Below are positions 39,637 through 49,647 of a DNA stretch of 64,000 nucleotides, piece by piece. Every line of letters begins with the position of its first letter. The first letter of the stretch is position 1. The translations under genes were made by a program, and so were the position numbers. This DNA comes from an uncultured bacterium (GTDB lineage: Bacteria; Acidobacteriota; HRBIN11; JAKEFK01). Location of the stretch: assembly GCA_963777505.1 (NCBI GenBank), contig CAVZQN010000004.1, positions 1,408,001 through 1,472,000 on the forward strand, in the 5' to 3' direction. Below the pieces are notes generated by a model that worked only from the letters and a program-made list of their open reading frames with translations, did no database searches and was not told the origin of the DNA.

Positions 39637-40170
39637 ATGGCAACTTGTCCGTACTGTAAAGATTCTGTTGACAGCCGAAAAACCGTCGTATGCCCATCGT
39701 GTGAAACAGTACATCACGAAGAATGTTGGGAAGCGAATGAAAACATCTGCTCCGTTTATGGATGCCGCTCGAGAAACGGTGATTTCGTTGGGTGTCCATG
39801 GTGTGATGAAGTGTATCCATATGGAGAACATTTAGTTTGTTTGAATTGTAATTCTCCCTTGATGAGTCCGGCAGAATACTCTACCTTTATTCGAGGCGCG
39901 ACCTGGGAGAAATTGAATCCAGAAGAGTATGGAAATCCTCATCTGGCACAAGGATATCTTCGCAATAATGGCATTGTGGCAAGGCTCGATAAAGTTCCAT
40001 CAGTATATGGATACTTTTATTCTCCGCCTGTCTTATGGATACTGACCGAACACGTGGAGCGCGCGAAAAGCTTACTTCAAAGCCTTCAGGAGAGTCTTAT
40101 ATATTGTGAGAAATGCGGGCATGTTCTGGATTCCGAAGAATCTACATGTACTTTTTGTTTAAATGAATAG
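39637..40170 (+). CDS. Prokaryotic RING-like zinc protein with DUF2007-like module and zinc ribbons
   Basis: CPYC-x11-CPSC...HHEECW....CSVYGC; AQGYLRNNGI..RAKSLL; terminal CEKC..CTFC. Confidence 0.65.
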   Translation: MATCPYCKDSVDSRKTVVCPSCETVHHEECWEANENICSVYGCRSRNGDFVGCPWCDEVYPYGEHLVCLNCNSPLMSPAEYSTFIRGATWEKLNPEEYGNPHLAQGYLRNNGIVARLDKVPSVYGYFYSPPVLWILTEHVERAKSLLQSLQESLIYCEKCGHVLDSEESTCTFCLNE

Positions 40171-40179
40171 AGGAACAGA

Positions 40180-41094
40180 ATGAAAATAAGGAATTTTGCA
40201 GCTGCGATCTTGATTTTATGCTGTTCGTATATGGCGCAAGGATCATCAAAAGAGATGTTGAAGCTTGTGCCACAAAACACATTCTTTGTAATAGGTGCTG
40301 ATTTCAATGTATTAAGAAGTTCCGATTTATTTGTGAAGCTGGAAAAGGAAGGCCGCATTTGGTCCTACGACAAGCGAAATAATTTGATGCCTTATTTGCA
40401 GGCTCTAAATCTAAATCCTGCCGATATTCAAGCAAGCATGTTCACAAAATATTTGAATGCATATGGCGCAAAAGGAGAGTTCCATTTGTTTGAACATCGG
40501 AGCGACATATCGGGACACCTTGCAACAAAAACTTCAACGCCATATTTAGAATTCAAAATCTATAGAATCCGTGCAGAAGAGGACCTTTTTGCTACGGTAT
40601 TAAATCCAGGTTTAGTGGCTCTTGGTTCCCTAAATGGTGTGAAAATGTCGATTGACGTAATGAAAGGAAAAGAAAAAGCCCTGAAAGAAAATCCTGATAT
40701 CAGCGCGATCATTGAGAAAGTTCCTCCCGCGGCAGGAGCCTGGGGCGTTTCACGTCCATTAACCAGGAAAGAAGCAGCTTCGCGCGGAACATCACAAAGC
40801 ACAAATACGATGCTTGAAGCATTTGAGAACTATTATTTCTATGGAGTGCCCTCGCGTACGTCAGTTCGCGCGCATTTTATTGGATTTGCAAAATCTGAAG
40901 GTGAAGCGACCTTTGTAAGGACATTTATGATTGGTATGGTAACTTTTGCAAAGTTTCGCGCAGGAAGTGAGGAAGTTACTGAGGCGCTCGATCAAATTAA
41001 TGTAGACAGAAATGGAAAAAATATTCATGTCACGGCTACAGTGAATCAAGCAATAATCGATGCTTACTTAAATGGAGAACTTGGGGTAGAGTAA
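40180..41094 (+). CDS. Exported hypothetical protein
   Basis: Signal-like N-terminus, RBS, first gene of a tightly packed run. Confidence 0.65.
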   Translation: MKIRNFAAAILILCCSYMAQGSSKEMLKLVPQNTFFVIGADFNVLRSSDLFVKLEKEGRIWSYDKRNNLMPYLQALNLNPADIQASMFTKYLNAYGAKGEFHLFEHRSDISGHLATKTSTPYLEFKIYRIRAEEDLFATVLNPGLVALGSLNGVKMSIDVMKGKEKALKENPDISAIIEKVPPAAGAWGVSRPLTRKEAASRGTSQSTNTMLEAFENYYFYGVPSRTSVRAHFIGFAKSEGEATFVRTFMIGMVTFAKFRAGSEEVTEALDQINVDRNGKNIHVTATVNQAIIDAYLNGELGVE

Positions 41095-42374
41095 TGGCGG
41101 AAATTCGCGGCTTTCCTGGGCTTGGTTACAATCCTGCTAAAATTTCGGATTTATCCAAAGTTATATCGTTGCCTTACGATGTGATTAGTCCGGAACATCG
41201 TCGCGAATACATTGATCAAAGCCCCTACAACGTAGTCCGTTTGATTTTGCCTGAAGGGACAGATCCGTATCAAGAAGCGAACAGGCTGACAAAAGAGTGG
41301 ATTGAAAAAGGGATCTTGATTCAAGACCAGGAACCATCGATTTACATTTATCAGCAATCGTTCAAAACCTCTGAAGGCGAGGAAAAAACTCGTACAGGCT
41401 TTCTGGCTCGAATTCGAATTGAAAATTTTGAGAAAGGAATTGTGCTCCCACATGAAGCAACGCTTTTTGCACCAAAGGAAGACCGGCTAAAATTGCTGCA
41501 AGCTTGTAGAATTAACTTTAGTCCGATTTTCAGCCTGTATTCGGATCCTCAACACGAAATTGACTCAATCTTGACGCCCTTTGCATCGGCGCCACCACGT
41601 TTCAGCATTACTGATGAAAATGGAGTCTTAAACCGTTTCTGGGCAATTCGCGATCATGCAGCCATTCAAAAAGTTCAGCAGATCATGAAAGATCATTGGG
41701 TTTTAATCGCCGATGGACATCATCGCTATGAATCATGTATGGTTTATCGCGATCAAAAGAGCCGCGAAAATCAAGACACCGAAGCGGCACACAATTTCAC
41801 ACTAATGTATTTCGCCAATATTCATCAACCTGGAATTTCCATCTCTCCATACAATCGAGCCATATATAATCTGCCTTCATTTAATGCTGATGATGTTTTA
41901 CAAAAAGCAAAATCATATTTTGAAGTTCAAAATTTTGATGAACCGGATCGTGCACTTCAAACCATGCGGGAGTTTCAGCCATCAACGGCATTCAGTGCCT
42001 TTTTTAATGGGAAGAAAGGCGCGTTTGTTTTTCGGCTCAAGCAAGACTTTGACTTAGCAAGTTTGTATCCCCCTGATACGTCCGATGTCGTTCGTTCATT
42101 GGATGTAAATGTTTTGCATAAACTATTTCTGGAACACATTCTTGGAATATCGGAAGAAGATGTAAAGAAACAGACATACTTGAAATATTACAAAGATATA
42201 AATGAAGAACGGCGTGATTTTGATTCAGGAAAATTGCAGATCGCATTTTTCCTGAACCCAACCCGCGTTCAGCAGGTCGTAGATGCTGCAAAAGCAGGCG
42301 AAAAAATGCCGCAAAAATCTACATATTTTTATCCGAAACTAATGACAGGATTCGTAATGAATAAACATGATTAA
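41094..42374 (+). CDS. DUF1015 family protein
   Basis: PYDVI, LPHE.T, IADGHHRY, MPQKSTYFYPK. Confidence 0.9.
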   Translation: MAEIRGFPGLGYNPAKISDLSKVISLPYDVISPEHRREYIDQSPYNVVRLILPEGTDPYQEANRLTKEWIEKGILIQDQEPSIYIYQQSFKTSEGEEKTRTGFLARIRIENFEKGIVLPHEATLFAPKEDRLKLLQACRINFSPIFSLYSDPQHEIDSILTPFASAPPRFSITDENGVLNRFWAIRDHAAIQKVQQIMKDHWVLIADGHHRYESCMVYRDQKSRENQDTEAAHNFTLMYFANIHQPGISISPYNRAIYNLPSFNADDVLQKAKSYFEVQNFDEPDRALQTMREFQPSTAFSAFFNGKKGAFVFRLKQDFDLASLYPPDTSDVVRSLDVNVLHKLFLEHILGISEEDVKKQTYLKYYKDINEERRDFDSGKLQIAFFLNPTRVQQVVDAAKAGEKMPQKSTYFYPKLMTGFVMNKHD

Positions 42375-44307
42375 AAAAACGATTTTTCTTTTCATTTTTT
42401 GCTGGGCGGGAATTGGGACGTGTTTCGCCGCCGAAACTAAAAAGGCCGACGCCTATTATCACTACGTCCAGGGTGCAATGCTTGAAAATCAACGCAAGTA
42501 TGATGACGCAATTAGTGAATACAAACAGGCCCTCCAGAACGATCCAGACTCATCTGAAATTCTTTCCAAGCTTGCCTATCTTTACGTTCAGACAAACAGG
42601 ATGGATGAAGCGGTAGGGGATGCCCAAAAAGCAATCGAAAAAAATCCGGACAACAAAGAAGCATATCGTATGCTGGGTCAAATATACCTGGAGAAAGTTT
42701 ACTCGCGTGATTCCACCAAGCAAGATGTTGAAAAAGCGCTTGAACAATTTGAACAGATTTACAAACTAGATCCGGAAGACTCTGCCAATTTGCTTGCGCT
42801 CGGTCAGCTTTATTTGCAAAACAATCAACCGAAAGATGCAGCGCAGATGCTCGCAAAATATTTAGAACTAAATCCCGATTCTCCATCAGCGGTCATGTCG
42901 CTCTCGAATGCATTTCAGCAGTTGAATCAGCCTGTTGAAGCACTAAAGGTATTGGAAAAATACCTGGAAACAGAACCAGAAAATCAGTACGTTTTGCAGC
43001 TTGCAGCTGATTTATATGAGAAAACCGGTGAACTTGATCGAGCACTCGAACTTCAGCGAAAAGTCTTCGAAGCAGATGTGAACAACCCTGTCGCTCTCAG
43101 GAGATACATTTCGCTCTTAGAAAAAAGTAATCAACATGAAGAAGCAGTCAAGATTCTAGAACAACAGGTCGTAAAAGATCCGGAACGTCTTGATTGGAAA
43201 GCAATGCTTGCGAAGAGTCTGCAGAAAGCCGGTGAACAAGAACGCGCCGAAACGCTTATGCGTGAAGTGCTCGCAAAAGATCCATCTTTTGATTATCGAC
43301 TTGGTCTTGTGCAGATCTTGGAAGAGGGGAATCGTTTTGAAGAGTCAAAGAAAATCATTGAAGAAATGCTTCAGAAAGTTAACGCTGGCGAACTCGTCGA
43401 AGAACGCGAGCGCAAAACGAGTCTTGCTATTCTTTATTCCCATTTAGGTTACTCACAGCAACAAATGAAAAGTTATGCTGAAGCGATCGAAAGTTACCGC
43501 AAAGCGAGAATGCACGTTGATCCGGAAGAAGCAGGCCGGATCGATTTCTATATCGCTTTAAATCTTCGGAATCAAAAAAAGTATACAGAAGCGATCGAAA
43601 CTTTAAACGACGTTATAAAACAAGACGCAAATGATACGGATGCATGGGAATTGCTCAGCTTAATCTATGAAGAGCAAAATGATCACGAAAATAGCGACCG
43701 TGTAATCAAACATTTGATAGAAGCCTATCCAGATAATGTCACCTACAAACTTTTAAAAGCCGAACGCCTTCAGCAACGGCAAAAGCACGAGGATTCACTC
43801 GTATATTTGAAGCAAATTCTTCCTGAATATCCTGACAATGATCAACTTCTGTTTTTAATGGGAGCTGGTTCAGAGCGTTTGAAAAGAATCGATGAAGCGG
43901 AAGAATATTTCAAAAAGGCAATTACGGCGAACCCACAAAATGCAAATGCATTGAATTACCTTGGTTACATGTTGATCGACAATGGTATCCGCATTGAAGA
44001 ATCCCTCGAATATATAAAGCGGGCTTTAGAGTTAGACAACGATAATGGCGCATTTCTTGATAGTTTAGGTTGGGGTTACTTCAAGTTAAATCAACTGGAT
44101 CTTGCTGAAGATAATTTAAGAATGGCTCTGGAACGGCTCGAAGATAATGGTGTCGTTCATGATCATCTTGGTGATCTATACTTCAAACAAGGCAAGTTTC
44201 GCGAAGCAATCTCTCACTGGCAAAATGCAATCAAGAATAAAAGCGCTGAAATCGACGAAGCCTATATTCAAAAGAAGATTGAAGATACTAAAGCGCGTTT
44301 AGATTAA
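42367..44307 (+). CDS. Exported TPR-repeat protein
   Basis: Signal peptide, many TPRs, ALNYLGY, FLDSLGWGY. Confidence 0.88.
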   Translation: MIKKTIFLFIFCWAGIGTCFAAETKKADAYYHYVQGAMLENQRKYDDAISEYKQALQNDPDSSEILSKLAYLYVQTNRMDEAVGDAQKAIEKNPDNKEAYRMLGQIYLEKVYSRDSTKQDVEKALEQFEQIYKLDPEDSANLLALGQLYLQNNQPKDAAQMLAKYLELNPDSPSAVMSLSNAFQQLNQPVEALKVLEKYLETEPENQYVLQLAADLYEKTGELDRALELQRKVFEADVNNPVALRRYISLLEKSNQHEEAVKILEQQVVKDPERLDWKAMLAKSLQKAGEQERAETLMREVLAKDPSFDYRLGLVQILEEGNRFEESKKIIEEMLQKVNAGELVEERERKTSLAILYSHLGYSQQQMKSYAEAIESYRKARMHVDPEEAGRIDFYIALNLRNQKKYTEAIETLNDVIKQDANDTDAWELLSLIYEEQNDHENSDRVIKHLIEAYPDNVTYKLLKAERLQQRQKHEDSLVYLKQILPEYPDNDQLLFLMGAGSERLKRIDEAEEYFKKAITANPQNANALNYLGYMLIDNGIRIEESLEYIKRALELDNDNGAFLDSLGWGYFKLNQLDLAEDNLRMALERLEDNGVVHDHLGDLYFKQGKFREAISHWQNAIKNKSAEIDEAYIQKKIEDTKARLD

Positions 44308-44329
44308 CCACAGAGACACAGAGATTATA

Positions 44330-45107
44330 TTGAGTAAACAAATCAAACTATCCTTAGCGGTCTTTGCGGTTGTCTTACATTTGCAATGTTCAACGAAAGT
44401 TAATCTGCCTGACCTATCCTGAATTTTCAACCCTGCGGCAGCAAGCTGTTTCAACTTTGGTCATGGAGGTCTATGGCCAATACTCTGCAACTGCATCAAA
44501 GAAAACGATCCGTGCCAGTTATAACCTTTTGCTTGCTCCAGGAGAATCCGGATATCTTGAAATACTGGATCCATCAAAACAACTGCTGAATACTGTTTCA
44601 CTCACCAAAGAAAGTTTGACTGTTTACTGGCCTAAAACTGGAACGTATGTTCAGGAGCCTGCAACTCCGGAAAATCTAAACGCTGTAGTAGGACTTCCTC
44701 TTTTGCCGGATGACTTACTTCTTCTTCTAGCAGGGTCCGGATTGAATTTTTCAGAATGGCAAGCAGTTAATATTGAAAAGGATGGCTGGCAAATTGCCCG
44801 CGGAAATTTTAATGGCAAATTATCACTGAGAGAACACATCTCAAGAATTGTGCTTCAAGGCGCGTCAACACCGGAATTGAACATCATCTATGAAGATTAT
44901 GCAGAGATCGATAACCGGCTGCTTCCCCGAAAGATGCGATTCGAAGTGCCGGATCGGAAATTGATCCTCGAACTTCGATCGGAAAAAGTTTTATTCCGCG
45001 ATGAACCCTCAAAACCTGAACTATTTGCAGTTCAACTTCCACCATCTGCTCATAAAGTTTCTTTGAAAGAAATTTACCGCGGCAAACCACTTCTGCTCGA
45101 AAACTGA
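44330..45107 (+). CDS. Putative lipoprotein, DUF4292/LolB-like (frameshift near 44415)
   Basis: MSKQIKLSLAVFAVVLHLQC from TTG 44330 in another frame; body has LNAVVGLPL and Y.DY..ID...LP; follows a TPR gene. Confidence 0.5.
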
Positions 45108-45171
45108 CTCTGCGCTTCTGCGGTTAATCTTTTATTATGATATTGTTATATCTACTGGAGAATCTTCAAGG

Positions 45172-46443
45172 GTGACTGAAGAAAACATCCAAAAGGATGT
45201 TCTAAGTAACGGGCTAACTATCTTAACTGAGCGGATTGAGCATTTGCGCTCAGTGTCGCTAGGAATCTGGCTAAAGAAAGGTTCACGCGACGAATCTCTT
45301 TCCGATGCAGGCGTCTATCATTTCATCGAACACATGCTGTTTAAAGGCACCAAAAAGCGCAGTACTTATGAAATTGCACAGATCATGGATTCAATTGGCG
45401 GTTTTAATGATGCTTTTACGAGCAAAGAAAATACATGTTTTTATGCAAAAGTTCTTGATGAGCATCTTCCCGTCATCCTTGATATTTTTTCTGACATTCT
45501 TGTGAATCCTACTTTCAATCATGAAGATATTGAACGCGAGCGTAAGGTCGTTCATGAAGAATTCAAAATGGTTGAAGACACGCCTAGCGATCTCGTTCAT
45601 GAAGTATTCATGGAAAATTTTTGGCCAGGACATCCGCTTGGCCGTCCGATTCTTGGAACACTCCAAACTGTTGACGCTCTGAATTCAGATCGTCTTCGTA
45701 AGCTTTTTCTTGAGAATTATGTTCCGCCAAATATGGTGGTTTCCGCAGCGGGTAACATTAATCATGATGAATTGCGGGAAGCAATTGAAAAGAATTTCGC
45801 TCTTCCTCATGTCAGCCATGTCGTTGAAACGATTATGGAACGAGTGCCTGAACCACAACCGATAACGTTGCTACGTTCTAAAAAGGATCTTGAGCAAACT
45901 CATTTATGCATTGGAGTTACAGGCCATAGTAACGATCACCCGGATCGTTATGTCGCAGGTGTTTTGAATGTAATCTTAGGCGGCAGCATGAGCTCACGAC
46001 TTTTTCAAAAAATTCGAGAAGAAATGGGGCTTTGTTATTCAATATTTTCATCAATGAGTTCGTTTAAAGATGCAGGATATCAGAGCATATACGCAGGCAC
46101 ATCTCCAGAAACAACTCAGACTGCTGCTGAACTCATTATTAAAGAATGCAAACGGCTGGCGCATGAAGCCGTATCACCTGATGAACTCGAAAATGCGAAA
46201 AATCATTTGAAAGGAAGTTTAATTCTGAGCCTTGAAAGTTCATCAAGCAGAATGTTCAATCTAGCACGATCGGATATGACCTTTGGCCGCCAGATTACAA
46301 CGGATGAAATACTGGATGGTATCTCAAAAGTTACAGTGGAGGATGTCCAAAGGGTAGGTTGCGAACTCTTTGATCATTCAAATTTTGGTGCTGTTGTTGT
46401 TGGTGATCTTGAAGAGTTTGTGCTCGATCCTGTTGGGGCATAG
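45172..46443 (+). CDS. M16 (pitrilysin) family peptidase
   Basis: HFIEHMLFKGT, LGGSMSSRLFQ.IRE. Confidence 0.93.
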   Translation: MTEENIQKDVLSNGLTILTERIEHLRSVSLGIWLKKGSRDESLSDAGVYHFIEHMLFKGTKKRSTYEIAQIMDSIGGFNDAFTSKENTCFYAKVLDEHLPVILDIFSDILVNPTFNHEDIERERKVVHEEFKMVEDTPSDLVHEVFMENFWPGHPLGRPILGTLQTVDALNSDRLRKLFLENYVPPNMVVSAAGNINHDELREAIEKNFALPHVSHVVETIMERVPEPQPITLLRSKKDLEQTHLCIGVTGHSNDHPDRYVAGVLNVILGGSMSSRLFQKIREEMGLCYSIFSSMSSFKDAGYQSIYAGTSPETTQTAAELIIKECKRLAHEAVSPDELENAKNHLKGSLILSLESSSSRMFNLARSDMTFGRQITTDEILDGISKVTVEDVQRVGCELFDHSNFGAVVVGDLEEFVLDPVGA

Positions 46444-46445
46444 TT

Positions 46446-47213
46446 ATGAGAATCTGTGTGCTTGGAAGTGGAAGCAGTGGTAATTCAACTTTTGTTGAAC
46501 AGAACGGGACACGTCTGTTGGTCGATGCAGGATTGCGTGCTAAAGAAATCGTGGAACGGCTTGCATTAATTAATGTGGACGCTTCTACATTAAGTGGCAT
46601 TCTGATTTCACACGAACATCAGGACCATATTCAAGGCGCAGCAGCGATCGCTCGAAAATTCAAAGTTCCTGTCTATATTTCATCTCGAGCGCGGGAACAT
46701 GCCTCATTTTCATTTCAACTTGTCCATCACTATCCCGTGTCCGCTGGAGTTCCTGTTCAAATCGGATCAATTACAGTTACACCATTTTCCACTCCTCATG
46801 ATTCGATTGATCCGCTTGGATTTGCGCTTCGTGCACAACAATGCCGAGCCTGCGTGATTACAGACATCGGATACGTTACAGAAACGATCCGTGAACGGTT
46901 GCACAATTCCGATATAGTGATCATCGAATCGAATCATGATTTGGAAATGTTGCGAAGTGGACCTTATCCATGGTCGCTGAAACAACGGGTTATGAGCAAT
47001 TATGGTCATCTGTCCAATGAAGCGCTTGCTTATTTTTTTTCAGAATACTTTGATGGTACACAGCGAAAAGTCATGTTAACGCACTTGAGCCGTCAAAATA
47101 ATCATCCGCAGATTGCTTATGTTTCGGCATTACGTGCGCTGGAGAAGAAGAGTCGCGATACAGATTTACACATTTCTTTACAGGATGAAGTCAGTGAAAT
47201 TCTAGAAATCTAG
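46446..47213 (+). CDS. MBL-fold metallohydrolase (YycJ/WalJ-like)
   Basis: LGSGSSGN, SHEHQDH, ESNHD, GHLSN, HLS..NN. Confidence 0.9.
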   Translation: MRICVLGSGSSGNSTFVEQNGTRLLVDAGLRAKEIVERLALINVDASTLSGILISHEHQDHIQGAAAIARKFKVPVYISSRAREHASFSFQLVHHYPVSAGVPVQIGSITVTPFSTPHDSIDPLGFALRAQQCRACVITDIGYVTETIRERLHNSDIVIIESNHDLEMLRSGPYPWSLKQRVMSNYGHLSNEALAYFFSEYFDGTQRKVMLTHLSRQNNHPQIAYVSALRALEKKSRDTDLHISLQDEVSEILEI

Positions 47214-47235
47214 CATTCAGTCTTGTGGTGAAAAA

Positions 47236-47475
47236 ATGAGAGCTCGAATTATTGTACGTTTAAAATCTACTGTTCATGATCCCCAGGGTGAAGCAATTTT
47301 GCAGTCTCTACATCATATGAATTATTCCAATATCAATTCTGTGCGTCAGGGCAAAGAGTTTGATTTGGAATTAGGGAATATCTCAAGAGCCGAAGCGGAG
47401 CCTCTGCTCGACGAGATTGCGAGAAAAGTTCTTGCGAACCCGATTATTGAACAGTACGCTATAGAGTTAGAGTAA
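47236..47475 (+). CDS. purS: FGAM synthase subunit PurS
   Basis: DPQGEAI, VRQGK, LANPIIE. Confidence 0.95.
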   Translation: MRARIIVRLKSTVHDPQGEAILQSLHHMNYSNINSVRQGKEFDLELGNISRAEAEPLLDEIARKVLANPIIEQYAIELE

Positions 47476-47498
47476 GATTTTGCGTCTTATGGATAATG

Positions 47499-47567
47499 CG
47501 GGGGAGCAAGGGAGCAGGGGCGAAGGGGAGCTAGCACCCCTGCTCCTCTGCTCCCCAGCTCCCCTGC
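47499..47567. repeat. Inverted 8-nt repeat element between purS and purQ
   Basis: gggagcaagggagcaggggcgaagggg...cccctgctcctctgctccccagctcccctgc, flanked by atggataatgc / gcattatccat. Confidence 0.75.
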
Positions 47568-47598
47568 ATTATCCATGGGCACAAACTAGGAGTAAACA

Positions 47599-48330
47599 AT
47601 GAAGGTGAAAGTCGTAGTATTCCCTGGATCAAACTGTGATCACGATACGGAATACGTTTTTGGACGGATTCTTAAACAAGATGTGCAGCTTGTATGGCAC
47701 AAAGAAGAAGAGCTCGGCCAATGTGATCTTGTGATTCTTCCTGGTGGATTTGCCTATGGCGATTACCTTCGTACTGGAGTCATGGCTCGTTTTTCACCGA
47801 TCATGAAATCGGTAGAGACGTTCGCGAAAGAGGGCGGCATTGTTTTTGGAATTTGCAATGGATTTCAGGTATTGTGCGAAGCCGGTTTACTTCCAGGTGC
47901 TTTGATGAAAAATGCATGTTTGCAATTTAGATGTATGCATGTCAATTTGCGGGTTGAGACAACGCGTTCTCCACTCACTCGATATCTTGCGCAGGGGCAG
48001 GTCTTCAGCATTCCAATTGCCCATGGTGATGGTAGTTACTATGCTGATCCGGAAACAATTCAGCAGTTAATCGATGAAGATCGTGTTTTGTTCCAGTATT
48101 CAACTTCCGATGGGCTGATCTTGCCGGATGCCAATCCGAACGGTTCTCTTTACAACATTGCAGGAATCTGCAACAAAGAAAGGAATGTATTCGGAATGAT
48201 GCCACACCCGGAACGTGCATGCGAACCGGAGGTTGGCAGTAGTGACGGTCTTCCGATGCTGCAATCTTTAATCAAGTCTGTCGAAGAGCATATTCAATCC
48301 CCCCACCGTGAAACAGTCTCAATACCCTGA
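47599..48330 (+). CDS. purQ: FGAM synthase glutaminase subunit PurQ
   Basis: FPGSNCD, GICNGFQ, MMPHPER. Confidence 0.97.
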   Translation: MKVKVVVFPGSNCDHDTEYVFGRILKQDVQLVWHKEEELGQCDLVILPGGFAYGDYLRTGVMARFSPIMKSVETFAKEGGIVFGICNGFQVLCEAGLLPGALMKNACLQFRCMHVNLRVETTRSPLTRYLAQGQVFSIPIAHGDGSYYADPETIQQLIDEDRVLFQYSTSDGLILPDANPNGSLYNIAGICNKERNVFGMMPHPERACEPEVGSSDGLPMLQSLIKSVEEHIQSPHRETVSIP

Positions 48331-48414
48331 ATTGATAAGTGTCCTGGGTTGAAATTTTTAGTCCGTTAGGATAGCGTATAGCGTCACAAATCTTGCAATA
48401 TTTCGGAGGAAACT

Positions 48415-49554
48415 TTGATGAAACGGCTGGTTTTATTTAGCGGCTTGTTCTTGATGTTAGCTGTAGGTTCTCTATCAGCGCAGGAAACTGAAGCTGCATG
48501 GACCAAGAACATACCCCTGAAGGCAGAAGATACTTTGTTTATTTATGTAGATCCAGGAAGTCTGCAAATTGTTCCGTGGGAGAAAAAGGAAATTGGAATC
48601 ACAGTTCAGGGAGGGACTCCTGCAGATCGGCAAAAAATTCAAGTCTCTTCAAAGAATAAGGATGTTCGTCTCGATTTCCGTGGAGATAAGACTACGGTCA
48701 TCACATTTGTTGTTCAAGTCCCTTCTACATTCAACATTGATTCCTATAGCGGTGGGGATGTTGAAGCGAAAGCTCCACTGAACGGTAAACTGAAAATAAA
48801 AACAAATACCGGTGGTGTAACACTCGGCGATGTTTCAGGAAACTTAGTCATTAATAGCACCGAAGGAGACATCTTTGTCAACAATGTAAAGGGAGATGCT
48901 TCGATTACGACAAACGGTGAAATTGAAACGAATGATATTACCGGAAATCTTGAGCTAAAAAATCAAAGCGGTGATTCTTTTGTAAAAAATGTTAGCGGTA
49001 ATGCAAATGCCAGCGTTGCTGATGGCGATTTGACCATTGGAGATATCGGTGGGAATTTAACGGCATCCTCAACCTGGGGCGATATCGATTTTCATAAAGT
49101 TGCTGGAATGGCAACCGCTAATAGTCAGGATGGTGATATTGATTTCTTCGAAGGAATCGGAATGATTATTGCGCAGACCAATTCCGGAGATATTACTCTA
49201 CGAAAAGTGAGCGGAGCTGTTGATGCGCGAACAGAAGATGGTGACATTTCAGCAGAAATGTATTCAGGTTCCGGCGGTTCCAGTAAGTTCTATTCTCGGG
49301 ACGGCGAACTGGAAATCCTTTTTGCTCAGGACGCAAAAGCAACAGTCGATGCGAAAGTTACAGGCGCAGATGCTGAAGATGAGGACTCTCTTTCTTCAGA
49401 TTTTCCTCCAGTAAGTGATAAGAACAAATTAGCAGCTAAGTATGAAATCAATGGCGGTGGCGACTCAATTCTTTTGGAATCTGTAAATGGCGAAATTTCC
49501 ATTAGAAAGCTGGTACCTAAACCACAGCCTGCTGCCAAGAAAACGAATCAATAA
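48415..49554 (+). CDS. Exported DUF4097-type beta-strand repeat protein
   Basis: Signal peptide, repeated T..GDI....V.G units, ends SVNGEISIRK. Confidence 0.85.
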   Translation: MMKRLVLFSGLFLMLAVGSLSAQETEAAWTKNIPLKAEDTLFIYVDPGSLQIVPWEKKEIGITVQGGTPADRQKIQVSSKNKDVRLDFRGDKTTVITFVVQVPSTFNIDSYSGGDVEAKAPLNGKLKIKTNTGGVTLGDVSGNLVINSTEGDIFVNNVKGDASITTNGEIETNDITGNLELKNQSGDSFVKNVSGNANASVADGDLTIGDIGGNLTASSTWGDIDFHKVAGMATANSQDGDIDFFEGIGMIIAQTNSGDITLRKVSGAVDARTEDGDISAEMYSGSGGSSKFYSRDGELEILFAQDAKATVDAKVTGADAEDEDSLSSDFPPVSDKNKLAAKYEINGGGDSILLESVNGEISIRKLVPKPQPAAKKTNQ

Positions 49555-49558
49555 AACT

Positions 49559-49612
49559 GTTTAGAGGCCTGGCCTTGCGCGTTAAGCGGAGCGCGAAAGC
49601 CGGGCCTCTAAA
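49559..49612. terminator. GC-rich hairpin after the DUF4097 gene
   Basis: TTTAGAGGCCTGGC...GCCGGGCCTCTAAA. Confidence 0.5.
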
Positions 49613-49647
49613 ATAGGATCATCCCCGTATCCAGCATCGAGTCAATT

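Noticed and set aside
48381-48396. Third sigma-54 promoter upstream of the DUF4097 gene
   Set aside because: It reads GT-N10-GC and lacks the near-invariant GG.
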